A stretch of 60,889 nt of DNA, the filler included, from Gonapodya sp. JEL0774 (lineage: Eukaryota): the NCBI GenBank assembly GCA_027604505.1. It is 8 parts of 8 records of this genome, joined end to end, with 100 filler letters (N's around TTAATTAATTAA, not from the genome) between each part and the next. Parts side by side here need not be neighbours in the genome. Positions count along the whole stretch, not along the records: positions 7,677 to 15,247 come from JADIIX010000495.1; positions 15,348 to 22,915 come from JADIIX010000496.1; positions 23,016 to 30,568 come from JADIIX010000497.1; 5 more parts are not named here. One strand, 5' to 3'. The notes beneath the pieces are model-generated. The model saw nothing but the letters and a program-made list of their open reading frames with translations. It was not told the origin of the DNA and ran no database searches. Made by a program: the position numbers and the translations under genes. Of the stretch, positions 12,418 through 24,779 are shown one piece after another. Numbering within the stretch: the first letter of the stretch is position 1; the number at the start of each line of letters is the position of its first letter.

Positions 12418-13212
12418 AGCTTCCATGTTCCGACTCTGGACTCTCCGACCGCTGGCCGGTCGGACAACTGTAAAACCGACACGTACAGCACACTTCTTGG
12501 TGCCGCGAATGATATATGTTATAGATTCGAGTTTTGTGATTATTCAGTGCTGGAACCGGTCACAGCTTTTGTACACGTGAACGGAATAGATCAATTTCGG
12601 GAGAGACAAATGCCATTTACACGTCACCAATATTTGTTGGTTCCAATCTGTTATCATGTCAATCTATAGTAAGTGGTCGTCACGAGGCGTTCACCATCGT
12701 CATCGTTCTGGCGGTACCGGATGGATACTGAAACATAGCTCTTCGAACCCAAACAAAGCCAATAAATTCGACGTCGGTATTGGATTGATCAGCAGCTGGA
12801 TTCCGCAGGCAACAAGCACGTAATTGAATCGACCCCAATCGATGAGAAGATACAATATTCAGACCGACACAAGACTGAAGGGACCAAGTTTGGTTTTCTT
12901 ATCACAACAAGACAATTAACTTTGATGGACTTTGTCTTTTCCGCAAAAAGCAAAACTAATGATGTTTGTCATGACCTAAAACAGGCCCAAAATGGTATAA
13001 TCGTCCGTCGAAATGAAAGCGAACAGTCGGTTTCTGACGAAACGTACTTCTATGTGCTGAATCGAGTGGCGTAGTGGCTGCATAAATATTGAGTGAGGCT
13101 TTATTTCCGGTGGGAGTAAACAACCTACCTGTGGCGGCGACAGACTCGGCGTATTCCCAACTCGTCCACAGTTGAGATCCAAAAGCCAGACAGCCATCTG
13201 GGACCCAACTTC

Positions 13213-14055
13213 ATGAACGCACCCGTCGACCATAAGGACCCAACGCTCGCGTTTTTCTTCTTGCTGGCAACGCTCAGAGCGCCTGCCAAATGGTTTTCTC
13301 CTCCGCGGGACAACTCAGCTCTAATTAGCGCCACATCTACTTCTCTTGCATTCCCACCAGCAGAGACCTCCTACAACGGAGAGCAACGGCATGGTCATTT
13401 CCCCACAGTAGCCATTGCTCTTGCGTGGCTTGCATCTGTCCGTGGTGGAGTCGTCGGAACTCACGTCGGGGTCCATGCCCAAGAGGAGGATGCGGAGGAA
13501 GGCGGGGAGGCTGATGGGATGCAAATCCGAGAGCACGTGGTAGACTCCAAATCTGCTGCGAACGTTCTCAGAGGAAGGAGTAAAGTGTCGATACTCGATT
13601 TAGTGGAAGCGTGTGGGTCCGACGGAGAACAGGCAGTGGGAAGCGTGGCTTCCCATTTCCGGACGGATACGGACCAGCGCCAGAAGCTCGCGGATTTAGC
13701 GAATATTTCCTCTATGGTGAGTATAGTCAAAGGATGTTTATAACGAATCTCTCGATTCATCCTGAACTTCCGCTTGTTTGGATCTGATTGTACACATTTG
13801 AATTGATACCCGCAGGTGCTGTTTGCCAACGAACAATCCCCTCTTTCCCCAGCGACTCTTTCTCCGTCCTCGGATGGCTCGTTCGGTGATATCCTCAGAG
13901 TTCCGGATATGGACAATGAACCACGCGAAGGCGCACGACACCCACATGCAGCTATTATGGAGACACCTCCACAACCACATCCGAGTTCCCCCTCTCGACC
14001 GGGCACTCGCAAATTCAATGCACACTATCATTCTTATCAGCGAAACTCGTCTTAG
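13213..14055 (+). CDS. Hypothetical protein, paralog B (intron 13717-13815)
   Basis: In-frame splice; AFFFLLATLRAPA here versus AFFVLLAMLRGPA in paralog A. Confidence 0.55.
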
Positions 14056-15247
14056 GTTCTAGCGCAGATGGCAAGGAAGCTTTGTTTCCATTTTTGACCG
14101 TCATACGCACATTGGTCCCATGTATCACCCACGCTTTTATTGGATTACGGACACTTTTTGGCACCGAGTTTTGGAATACCTAGCTATAACTGATAATGGG
14201 CTTGTTCCGACTGAACAACCACACCATGTAATATCGTCTTTAAGTTCGTCTACCGTAAGATCAATGCAATCGCATCTACTCAGCCAATTTGGATTTCCAA
14301 ATTGAAACCTCCAACGTGTTTGTTTTGGAAAAATGTGCCTCATCTCCGATACCTACATATTATTGAACTACATCTTATTATATACGCAACATACATATCC
14401 ACTTTTGTGCATCATGGTTATGTTGGTAAGTAGCGATTCCCACAACGATAATATGGTATTCAATACAAACCCACTACGATGAACGAGCGGTAAGGAGAAT
14501 TATCATGGAGTGCTTTAATTCGTGAAGGAGAGTGTTCCTAATTGGGATGGGAATCATGTGAGCACCGCAAACGCTATGGTTGGCAAGTAGTGAACGTGCC
14601 TGTATCGCTTGTGTGTATCTGTATTGAATGTATTATTCTGCTAGTCGAATCAGTCTGTACTAGTCATGCAACTAGTATGACTGACAAGCTCGGATAAACA
14701 CACGCAACATGTCCAGCGCTGACTTTGGGCTTCTCAAGAGCGTCTGTGTGGATGGACGTGCTTCGCGATCAGAAATTTGTAATGAGATATTGGATCACTG
14801 ATGACGTTACGGCAATGATCAGATAGATTGCTCATGCGAGGTGTGTTTGGGAAGGCATCTTAGGCATCTTCACCGCGTAGCAAAGTCCAAGCAATTATCT
14901 TGCCAGTGCAAGAGGCAGTACTTTGGGGCAAAGGGTTAGTGTGTTCGTATTAGTGCAAACGGTCTATGCAAACATTCAACTTAACCTTGACAAGTGAGCT
15001 GGAAAAGACTCAGCTGCAAAATGCAAACGACAAGAGACTCTGCTACGTAGAGCGAGTTTGTGACTATCTCCCCGCCGATTTTTCCGGCAGGCGCATCAGC
15101 AGTTTTTTCAGTGAGCGGTAAGCGGGTAAACTTCTGTCGCCTCCGCCAACTACACAACACCAAACCCCCAAGCCAGAACAGCACAGTTCAAAGCGTGGAG
15201 ATAACTTTTACCAAAAGTAAAGCTCTGCTGCTCGGTTTGCGGGAGAG

Positions 15248-15347
15248 NNNNNNNNNNNNNNNNNNNNNNNNNNNNNNNNNNNNNNNNNNNNTTAATTAAT
15301 TAANNNNNNNNNNNNNNNNNNNNNNNNNNNNNNNNNNNNNNNNNNNN
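15248..15347. other. Artificial contig linker
   Basis: N44-TTAATTAATTAA-N44. Confidence 0.98.
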
Positions 15348-16006
15348 CACGGAGGGCGGTCGTCGGACAGGCGGACGCTGTTGCCTTCGAAGAGCATGTG
15401 TGGATGCAGGCCATGGGCGGCGGGGCGGGGGTGGAGGACAAGGAGAGACAAGGAGGAGGTGCAGTCCGGAAAAGTGGTCCTGGAGGTACGTGGTTTCCGC
15501 ATTTTTTCGTCCATGTCACAATGCGAGGCGTTGCGCTCAAGTACATTTAAACCAAAATAGGCCATCCCTTCCAGCTCGCCCGTCAAACCGGGCACCCTTA
15601 CGTCGCTCCGAATGCAGGTGGTAGATCAGGCGGTTCGAGCATAAGACGCAAAGGATCGGACGCGTATGAACCGGAAGTGCTGGAGAGTGGTGATGTTGAG
15701 GGCGATGGAGATGCAGCGGATCGAGATCTGGCTACACCAACCGCTGCCCATGAGGCTCCGGAGGCGAAGGTCGGAGGAGATGAAAGTGGGGGCGTAAGTG
15801 ACAGAGACTCGAAATTGCGTGCGGAGACTGGGGAAGAGATTGTACGCAGGGACTTCACTGCGAAGGAAACCGAAACAGCTGCCATAACCAAACACCATGA
15901 CGTGGCGACCTCGCATGCTAAAACCGATGTCGAGCAGCTTGTCGATGGCTTGGAAGTCCTTACTGTGTCGCCTACGGAGAAAGGCGATGTTGATGGTGCC
16001 TCATAG
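15348..16006 (+). CDS. 3' end of an unidentified gene with an acidic low-complexity tail
   Basis: Open frame ending at TAG 16006; probable intron about 15486-15560. Confidence 0.4.
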
Positions 16007-16360
16007 GCGAGCCGGTAGTATGAATATTTTGATGTCGTTTTCAGCTGTGTTGGGTGGTGTTTTGGGGATTGTTTTGCACCAAATATATAGATTTGTGGCT
16101 GCCAATGAAGCTTCCGTGATATAATTGTTCAGAGAATACAAGCTCATTGCATGACATGTGCGACCCAGCCCGTGACCACTAGCGCGTCATTCGGATTGGT
16201 TATTGGAACAACGTCTGGAGAGCTTTCAATCCAATGAGGGTGCGATCATGCAAGACTCAATCTGCGTGGAAGAAGTCCATAGCAAATTCTTTGCATTTGT
16301 ATGCATAAAAGTTGCGCCAACTCCAAGTTCATACACTGCGTTATCGTAGCAATGGATGAT

Positions 16361-17719
16361 CTACGACGTGGTCACACTGGACACTCTCACTGTCTTCAAC
16401 CCATTGCCCGTCCATCCGCGCATCTCCTCGGGCCAGTTCTCACCCGTAGTGTCAATATTCTCGTTGCTTAAGTTTCTCACTTCGAACACACAGACCTTCT
16501 GTGTTGCATCAAAGAAAGCGCTCAAGAAATCACCGAGGAGTGTTTCTTTCTCCTTCTGGAATTCCAGATCCAGGTCTATGCACACAGTGTCCAACCCAGG
16601 CAATAGTTCAAACAAAATTCCAGCAAGGGTTGCGAATGCTGTTGAGGGTGTTTCAACCAGTGGCAGCTCATGGCTGAAGACGTGGAGGTAGATTTTGCTA
16701 ATTTTATCATACATCCCATGTTTCTGTGAGAGGTTGAAATTGTCGGGTTGCGGGAGATTCTTCAACATGCCACTCATGATGCGGAAGTCCCCAAGTTCGG
16801 TCAGATTGGGATACACGGATGGTGCTTTGAGGAGTTCAAGGAAATTGGTCACTTCGTCTCCTTCACTACTTCGAGGTGGAACGCGTAATGAAGTGACCAG
16901 ATTCCTCCGAGAATGAGAGCATGAGGACCGGATACTTTCTGTCAAAGCGTCGTAATTTTCGTCATCGTGTTCCGCCAGAGGGTAGAACAGATCTGCGTGC
17001 AGGTGTTGAGAGAATGGGAATGTGGCGAGAAGCACCTTTCGATCACGTGCGCTTGTCTCGTGCATGTATTCCTCTGTTGAAACCAACCGTTGAACTGAAC
17101 GGCATTCAAACTCTTCGGAGTAACCAAGGAAAACAAGTAGCTCGAGGTCTGCTTGCGAACTCCACCGATACTCCCAAACATCATTCCGATTCGTAATAAA
17201 TGTGAGGAGAATGCGCAAGGCATCCGGTGACGACTGCGATCCTTCGGAAAAGTCGGTAGCGACAACTGGAACTGTCAATTGTAACTTTCCCGCGAGGTTT
17301 GACATGACGGTACTTGCTTTTGCAAGTCGTTCCGACAGCACGGAAATCAACAACGTCTCGAATGCCTCAGCCGACACCTCGAGCTCTGCAATATCGAGTA
17401 CTGACATATTGAGATGTTTTGACTCCAAACCTGTCCAGAATGTCCGTTGCCCACAAACAGTCGCACGAAAGGCCGAGAGGAAGTTCACCCCATCACTTTC
17501 CAAGTCCGAATTCCAATCTGAGACATCCATTTCGTCAAGCAAGTCGTCAGAGACTAATAAATTGCAGGCGATCCCCACTTTTCCGCCTTGGCATCCAGGA
17601 ATCGCGTTCAAACTTGCGTTTCGGAACCCATGAGAAACGAAGGGAATGACGGAGTAAAATACTTTTGGGGGAAGAAGCCGCAAGATGCGATGCAGGATTT
17701 CGAGCGGTAGGGATTCCAT
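16361..17719 (-). CDS. F-box domain protein
   Basis: N-terminal MESLPLEILHRILRLLPPKVFYSVIPFVSHGFR F-box signature; intronless, about 450 aa. Confidence 0.75.
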   Translation of the reverse strand: MESLPLEILHRILRLLPPKVFYSVIPFVSHGFRNASLNAIPGCQGGKVGIACNLLVSDDLLDEMDVSDWNSDLESDGVNFLSAFRATVCGQRTFWTGLESKHLNMSVLDIAELEVSAEAFETLLISVLSERLAKASTVMSNLAGKLQLTVPVVATDFSEGSQSSPDALRILLTFITNRNDVWEYRWSSQADLELLVFLGYSEEFECRSVQRLVSTEEYMHETSARDRKVLLATFPFSQHLHADLFYPLAEHDDENYDALTESIRSSCSHSRRNLVTSLRVPPRSSEGDEVTNFLELLKAPSVYPNLTELGDFRIMSGMLKNLPQPDNFNLSQKHGMYDKISKIYLHVFSHELPLVETPSTAFATLAGILFELLPGLDTVCIDLDLEFQKEKETLLGDFLSAFFDATQKVCVFEVRNLSNENIDTTGENWPEEMRGWTGNGLKTVRVSSVTTS

Positions 17720-17830
17720 CTGCAACATTAAATTTTGATCGGTTGACTGGCTAAACCAGCCTTCAGTGTGACCAGAGTCAGCCACAGCCATTCAGCTGAA
17801 CTCCCAGAACAGCTGTTCAGTCTTCATCGA

Positions 17831-19313
17831 ATGATGTCCAAATCTTCCCCTCGTTCATCTAAATCAACGGGCATAAAAGCCAGCTCGATTCATCCACCGC
17901 CTTCTGCCCCGACTGTAGCTGGAGGCCGTGTTCAAGAGCCAGAACTCGTTCCATTTTGGGAGCCGACGGATGCCGAGTTGGCTCAGCTGGAGCGGGAGTT
18001 GTTCAACTTCGGAATTGAAGATTACGACGAAGGCTCGCCCACAGAAACTGACGGTGGTTTGTCGAGAGAGAGGGAGCAATTCTCTCCTGTTGATGACGGG
18101 GTGGGTTTCCGTCTCCCATTTCATATTTGACCTCGCTTCTTCAAAATCTCCATATTACATAACCATTTCAACTCAATTTGCCAGCCAAAGCCCCCATTGT
18201 TTGCATGTCCCATGGCTCACTGTAGTATCAAAACCGTCTGTGCCCCCCGTGCAGTTGACTTTGATCGAACAAAACGGTTGCTCGTGTTCTGCGACTCGGG
18301 CGAGCTTGCTGGCGATGACGACTGCTTCTTCTTGAAGCATGTAGTCAGTGCACATGGGAACTACCTTATTCAGAGGTGAGCCTTACTGCAAGTCAAATGT
18401 AGAATATGCCAGAACACCGAAGACTTTCGTACTGGAACCCTTCCCCAGCCTCACACCCGGTATTCGACAGAAAAAGTCCTTTCACTGTCCTTTTTCTGAC
18501 TGTCGTGCCAAGCCGAGCGCTGGCTCGGCCGATGCAAGCACATTCCGGACGAAATCCAACCTCATCGAACATCTCTTCTCTGGCGGCCATCACGAAGACC
18601 TCCATTTTTACTGCAAAGTGTGTACAAAGACTTAAAAACCTCAGATCAGACCTCCATCTTCATATTCTAGCCTGGTGATTTCAGCAATGTCTCAATACCA
18701 CCACTCGCGAATCTGTCTTCTTCAAGACATTTCGCACCGCCAAGAACCACTTCCAGAACAAACACGGGTGCGCATTCGCAGCTAGGAACGGATCGAACTC
18801 GCGAGCGACAGTAGTAGCGAAGCTCGATGGCGGTGGGTGGTACTGCCAGTCTGCTTCGATGAGTCCTGTCAGATGAACCGCGTGTCCAATCCGTTCCTCG
18901 TTTTATGCTAGATCAACCAGCAGTTCCACGCCCTCCCTCTCCATCTGTACCGAGCAAGTCTTCCTCACCTAATGGTAAGTTAGTTTGGACAACCGTCGAA
19001 GTACTCGTCGCAGTCTCCTTACTTCCTCCCTATTCCACAAGCGAAACGGGCTGGCAGTCGACCTACTTCCAGCGGACGCACTGCCGTTTCTTCAAACACC
19101 GTCAAACAAGAGTCCACCGAGACTCTTCTGTCTTCTAAACCTGCATCACCTATCCCTGGTCCTGTCGCGGTTGGAAACGGCTCTATGGCCTCACTGACGT
19201 CCCAGCTGGAACACCTCGTCATGGCCGGTGCGGACACCGTGCCTGCCGAGGAACGGGCGCGGCTTCAGCAGCTACTGAAACTGGCCACCGAGGTTGTTGG
19301 GAAGGAGATGTGA
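17831..19313 (+). CDS. Putative C2H2-type zinc-finger protein (multi-exon)
   Basis: FACPMAHC..LKHVVSAH, FHCPFSDC..FRTKSNLIEHLFSGGH and ..FRTAKNHFQNKH segments separated by GT-AG introns. Confidence 0.5.
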
Positions 19314-19467
19314 AGTGGAATTAGAATTGATGTTGTTTGAGCATCAACGTAACGGTGTTATATTTGTATGAATTCATGGTTTTATGCATGTAATAATGTA
19401 CTCCAAATGCCGATATCCAACCTCTGCAGCGTTTCCGCCAGAAACGTCCAAGTTCTGTCGAACAATC

Positions 19468-22418
19468 ATGAGCTCCACCGAAAGTCCCCCTTCCACCACT
19501 GCCCAGCTCTCCCAGCTCCTCCCTCTTCTCCACTCTTCGCGTTCATCTGAGGAAAAATTCGTCGCGCTCGCTCTGCTACCCCGCTTCCTCGACCCATCCG
19601 ATTCTCGATCCGTCGCGACTGTCTTCGAAGCCATCGATTGGTCGTTCATAGAACGTCTTCTTGTCTCTGACGATGGACCTCGAGGCGATCAGGGTGTTTT
19701 CGGAGCCGAGGAGCGTGGAGGGAATGAAGGAGGACTTGAAGGCCGGGGAGGTGAAGACGAGGCGACTGCGCACATTGGGACAGTACCTGTCGCGGTGCAC
19801 CTCATCAGGGCGTTGGTGGACTATGATGACTTGGCGAAGAGACCGCAAATGGCGTCACTGGTGAGGCGGTTGGTGGGAGCGTTGCGAGATGCGTGAGTGT
19901 GTGAGGTGACTTTGTTCGTTCAAACACGTCACTCTCCAGCTGACCTCAAGTTTACGATCCTGATTCGCAACTGCAGTGACGATTCTATCTTAACTCTGGC
20001 GATTCTGGAGTCCTTGGGGAAAATCTCGGTGGCGAGTGGGTCTGGTTGGAAGGCCCTCCTTGGACGCACCACGTTGGCCAGTGTTGGAGCGTATTTCATC
20101 ACGACCGCTGATACAGGTGCGTATTTGAACTGGCTTCTACGACAATAATGGTGGCTCGTTGGTCTGTTTCAACTTTGTTTCCCTGTATTGAATTGATCAA
20201 ACTTTTTCAAAATCAGAATGCCGCAACCAGTCAGCCACCCTACTCCACTACACCCTAAGCCGCATCAACACCAAATCATTCTCCCGCTCCGAAAAGAAAG
20301 CTCTTGTGTCATCTCTCTCGAGCTTCGTTGATCAGCTTTCGCCTACCTTTCGTGATTCACAGGATATTGTCAAGTTCCAATCCCTTCGGGTCATCGAAGC
20401 GGCAGTCGTGGCGTTGGAGGAGATAGAAAGTGCGAATGTTCAGAATGAGACAGCAACCCCAGTGCTGGGTAATGGGAATCTCTTACCTTCTCAATCTCCC
20501 GACAACCGTGTGTCTCCAGCAACGTCCGGTCGCTCCGACGGGCAGAACGTCGTCTCCGTCCCACCACTCCGGGACGGCATCGCGGATCTCTTTGCTGCGA
20601 AACGTCTTCCTGAGGGTAGCAGAGATGCTGCACTCTCCCTCACAGCGGCGTTGGCGAGACAGTTTGGTCCGGCGTTCCTGTTGGCAAAGGGGAGTGTGGG
20701 GAAGGCAAGGTCACTCACCGGTGGACAGTTTCTGGCAGCGATCTCGAACGCTGCGTGCTCGGAGGCGAGAGTGGCGCTTGATGAACTTTCTGATGATTTT
20801 GAGACCCTGGAGCCCAGGGAACCGTTCAGTCAGGTGTCATTAGCTCAAGCTCTCGTCTCGCGAAGCAACGGGAATGAAACTGATCATGACACTCGCGACA
20901 AGAGCGTACGTGCACTTCAGCACGCACTTGCGACAGTCCGGGCGAGCTACTCCATCATCGAGTCTATAGTAGGTGCTCTCGCTGCGTCAGAATCGGTGAT
21001 CGAATTTGCACCTGTGGAAGTTCTCATGTCTATTAGAAAAGGCATCTCCGAAGCGACTTTATCCATTGGGGAGTTTTTGACGGATCGGATGGTGATTACC
21101 GCGTTTCCTGCTCCTCGCACTTAGTTTGTCAACAGTGTGTGCATATTCGTATCAATATGAACACCTCTCCTCCCCAGCATCGCTTTTCTAACACCCCTGC
21201 TCCTTTGGACCGCGCTGTTCTCAACCACCCTCTTGTCCTCCTCTCTGTCAAAGTTGTATGCATTTACCTCACCGAGGAGTCCGAGGCTCCTTTGTCTCTT
21301 GTGCGTGGCATCGTACCTGTCTGTGTGCAATTTGGCAGAATGGCCGTCTCGGGGCAACTACGAGACTTGGGGGTACGGAAACTTGACCCATTGGACTTTT
21401 TGATGCCCGCGCTGGCACAAATCACGGGTGGCGAGCCTGTAGTTCGAGGAGATTTTCTCAAAGCAGGTGGAGACGACTTGCTTGGCGAGGCGCTGATCGA
21501 AGCTGTGCGAGGGGATTCCGCCCGTTCTTCAGATCATACGCGGCTGTTAGATTGTTCCTGGCTGCTGCCGGCGCTGGAGACAGTCGCAAATCTCGTTGTG
21601 TCTGATCCACTAGGAGTGACACGGGAGAGAGAGAAGACACGACGAATTCTAGCATTGGCTTCGAGCACACTACCACAGATTGTGGATGCATTTTTCCCAG
21701 GAACTTTGCGCAGCGTTAAGGACGTTTTAATAGTCATCAATGCTTCAACTCTTGCGGTACTTGTGTTCCGAGCAGTCGCCCTTTCAAATCAAAGCCGGCT
21801 CTTAGTGGAAGCGAAGGGTAGTACGGACATTGACATTGGCGGCTTAGACAAATGCCTTGACGTTTTTTCGGCCCTGCCTCGGATGAAAAGCCAGCTTGGA
21901 GGTGAAGATGGTTGGAAAAACAGTGGTGTAGGCGAAGTCTGGGTGTTGGGTGTCATGGGTGAGTCCCGAGTGATCTGCATGGATATCGGTGGCCAAAATC
22001 AACTAATACTAACTTACAATCCCGCTCAAATCAAGCACTTGGTGACCTCACTCAAGCATCGTCCCGAGTGGCAACACGATTACTTAAACTACCTCGAAAG
22101 ACCATTCGGTTGCTCGACCTTGTTCAAGGTGAGTGGCAGCGCCATCGCTGTTCCCAAGATTACGGTTTGATCGATGTGCTCGTTCTTCGTGTAAAAGAAC
22201 CGTCTCCACTGAGCGCCACAGACCTCTCGGCTTTGCGCTCTCTGTACACGTCTCTACTGCGGCACGATCGCATTCGCGGACGGGATCTGTGCGTCCAGGC
22301 GCTTGGAGGTCAATGGAATCTCCGAAGGCTCGTGGAGCTTGGGTGGACAGAGGCGATGCTGGCTATGCAAGAGGCGGAGGAGAAGGTTTTGAAGAGCGTC
22401 GGGTATGAGATTGATTGA
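19468..22418 (+). CDS. Neurochondrin-family ARM-like protein (spliced)
   Basis: N-terminus LLHSSRSSEEKFVALALLPRFL..VFEAIDWSFIERLL, plus AACSEARVAL and VCIYLTEES segments typical of neurochondrin. Confidence 0.7.
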
Positions 22419-22565
22419 GTATTAGAGTCTGTGGAGGCGAGGCGGACATTTCATTTTGCACCAGCATAAATTTCATGTATATGTAGGAATTAGTACAATG
22501 AAGAGGGGAGGATTCTACCGCACGTAACCTGTCAAACAGTTCCGCATATCCATAGTCTAAAATTG

Positions 22566-22915
22566 TCACCAATCTTCACCGTACGCATTTGTCCCGACCT
22601 TCTCCCTCACAATATCCTGAGTCCACTTCCATAACCGGTCTGCCTCTTCCGACGTGGCCCACGGCGATGGAATAGTCGGCGCTGGTACGGACGTGGATAC
22701 AAAGTAGAGTCCCTTGTAGGCGCGATCAACAACGACCACGCTCGTTGCTAGGAATCTAAGTCGGGTTTGTGTAAAGTGAATGACATAAGTTCCAAGCGTG
22801 CAATCAGCCGAATAGGTTGAACTCAATCAGGGCAGGGAAAACTTACAGTTGTGCAGCTACGCCCTTTTCGACTTCCACCACGGGTACAATGTACCTGGCC
22901 ACGCGGTCCAGGCCA
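22566..22915 (-). CDS. C-terminal fragment of an SDR (retinol-DH/WWOX-like)
   Basis: GVAAQL/FLATS..YKGLYF..EEADRLWKWTQDIV. Confidence 0.5.
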
Positions 22916-23015
22916 NNNNNNNNNNNNNNNNNNNNNNNNNNNNNNNNNNNNNNNNNNNNTTAATTAATTAANNNNNNNNNNNNNNNNNNNNNNNNNNNNN
23001 NNNNNNNNNNNNNNN
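22916..23015. other. Artificial contig linker
   Basis: N44-TTAATTAATTAA-N44. Confidence 0.98.
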
Positions 23016-24582
23016 GCGGGGTCGTTGAGGGCGACTTTGGCGGGGCTTCCCTCCACCGAGGTGTTTTGGCTATGGCGAGAGGAAAACGCTTCAGCTGGCA
23101 GAAAGAGGCAAGCCATCAGAATGGTTCGAGACTCACAGCTTAATCTTGGACGCGGCCTTGCCGGACACAAGCCCCTTCCAAGCCTCGTTGCACTCGGCGA
23201 TAACCTCGTTGGCGTACTTGCGATTCTTGGCCTCGCCAGAGAAGGCAAAGTTGTTTTCGGGCTTGCCGTCGGGGATTTTGTAGATGCGGAACCACTCGTT
23301 GGTAGCGCGGAGGAGGCCGGGGAGGTGCTTTTCGACATCTTCGATGTCTAGCGAAGAAGAACAACGAGATTTAGCCAGACCTGGTGGAATTTGAAAGGAG
23401 CAAAACAAAGTACCGTTAAGCTTGGAGGCAAGCGGGTCGTTCACGTCGATGGTGATGACTTTCCAGTCGGTCTCCCCTGTAGGGTAGGTGAAGTGAGCAG
23501 CATTTCCTCATCATCCAGCTCGAAACTCAAGGCACCTTCGTCAATGAGGGCAATCGTTCCTAGCACCTTGACCTGTTTGACCTGGCCAGTGTAAGCCACG
23601 GCCTCACCGATCTCGAGCACGTCGAGCGGGTCGTTGTCGCCGATGCACTTGGTGTCCGGGTTGACGTGGGAAGGGTCTTCCCAGGTCTGGGGGAAGGCAC
23701 CGTCTGTAATAGCTGTGTTAGTGGTGGTTGATGCGTGGTAGAAGTAAAAAGAGGACTAACAGTTCCAGATATAGCCCTTTTGAACAACGAAATAAGTGAG
23801 ATGGACGTTTCTGGACTGTGTTTTGTGGTGGAAACGCCAACTCACGTGGTGGGGGAAGCAGTTGCGGACAAATCTTAGCTTTCCCTTCTTCACATCCTGC
23901 TTAATAGGGTTGAACTCATCATCCTTCGATATCTCGAGCTTGGCGTTGGTCCAGCGGGGGCTGAAAGATGGAATATAAGATGTAATGACCGATGAGAACC
24001 TACCCCGCAACGAACGGTCTCTCTGGAACCCACATTTCCACGACCATGTTGAGGATTGATTTGTCGGCGGTAGGGTAGAGGGGAATGTCGTGGAAAGGCG
24101 AGACCAGTTTCCCGTTGTCCTCTGTTTTCGTTGGACATGGTTGCATTGCCATCACGCAAGACCAGCAGAACGGACAGCCACATTAGACAAAACAATTGCA
24201 AAAATGGCACTTAGATACCGTTTTTTTCTGCCTACTCACCGAAATAGACACGGTAGTCGAGGGTGTTTGGTGCTCCAACAGCGCGGGGCTTGTACGACAT
24301 GGTTGAGAGAGATGCTCGGGCGGTGTTCAGACGAAGTACGATTGGAGTGTGTCGAGATACGGAGATTGCGAGATGTGCTGGTGTTCGTGATGCAGCTGCG
24401 AGAACTGGGGGAGCGCAAAAAGGAACAACGGAAGGGGGAATGGGGCACAGACACTCTTTATGAGCGAATTTATTCCTCCGAAGTCGATGGAAAACCGGTC
24501 GAGTTTTGCGAAGATGCCAGCACACCGGGCACAGGGCGGTTGCAGCAAACTTACGTCGAGGCGCGAGTCGGAGGAGAGGCAT
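23016..24582 (-). CDS. IPP1: Soluble inorganic pyrophosphatase (3'-truncated; cytosolic ATG 24300, upstream ATG 24582)
   Basis: [58 protein letters not shown] and [14 protein letters not shown]. Confidence 0.95.
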
Positions 24583-24779
24583 TGGCGATGGAACGGGAAT
24601 CGTTCTTGGTGACGGGTTTGTAACGTCACGGATTCGAATGCACGCCAGTGAGTCATGACGTAGATATTTACATAACGTACATGTTCGATGATAATCACTT
24701 AAGAAATGGAGAAAATACAGATACGATACTTTTCATTTTCACCTTGAATCACAGCGATCCTCCATTCGGAATGCAGGAT

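Noticed and set aside
14060..15247. AT-richer stretch with short ORFs as a possible TE or gene relic
   Set aside because: No recognisable domain or terminal repeat.
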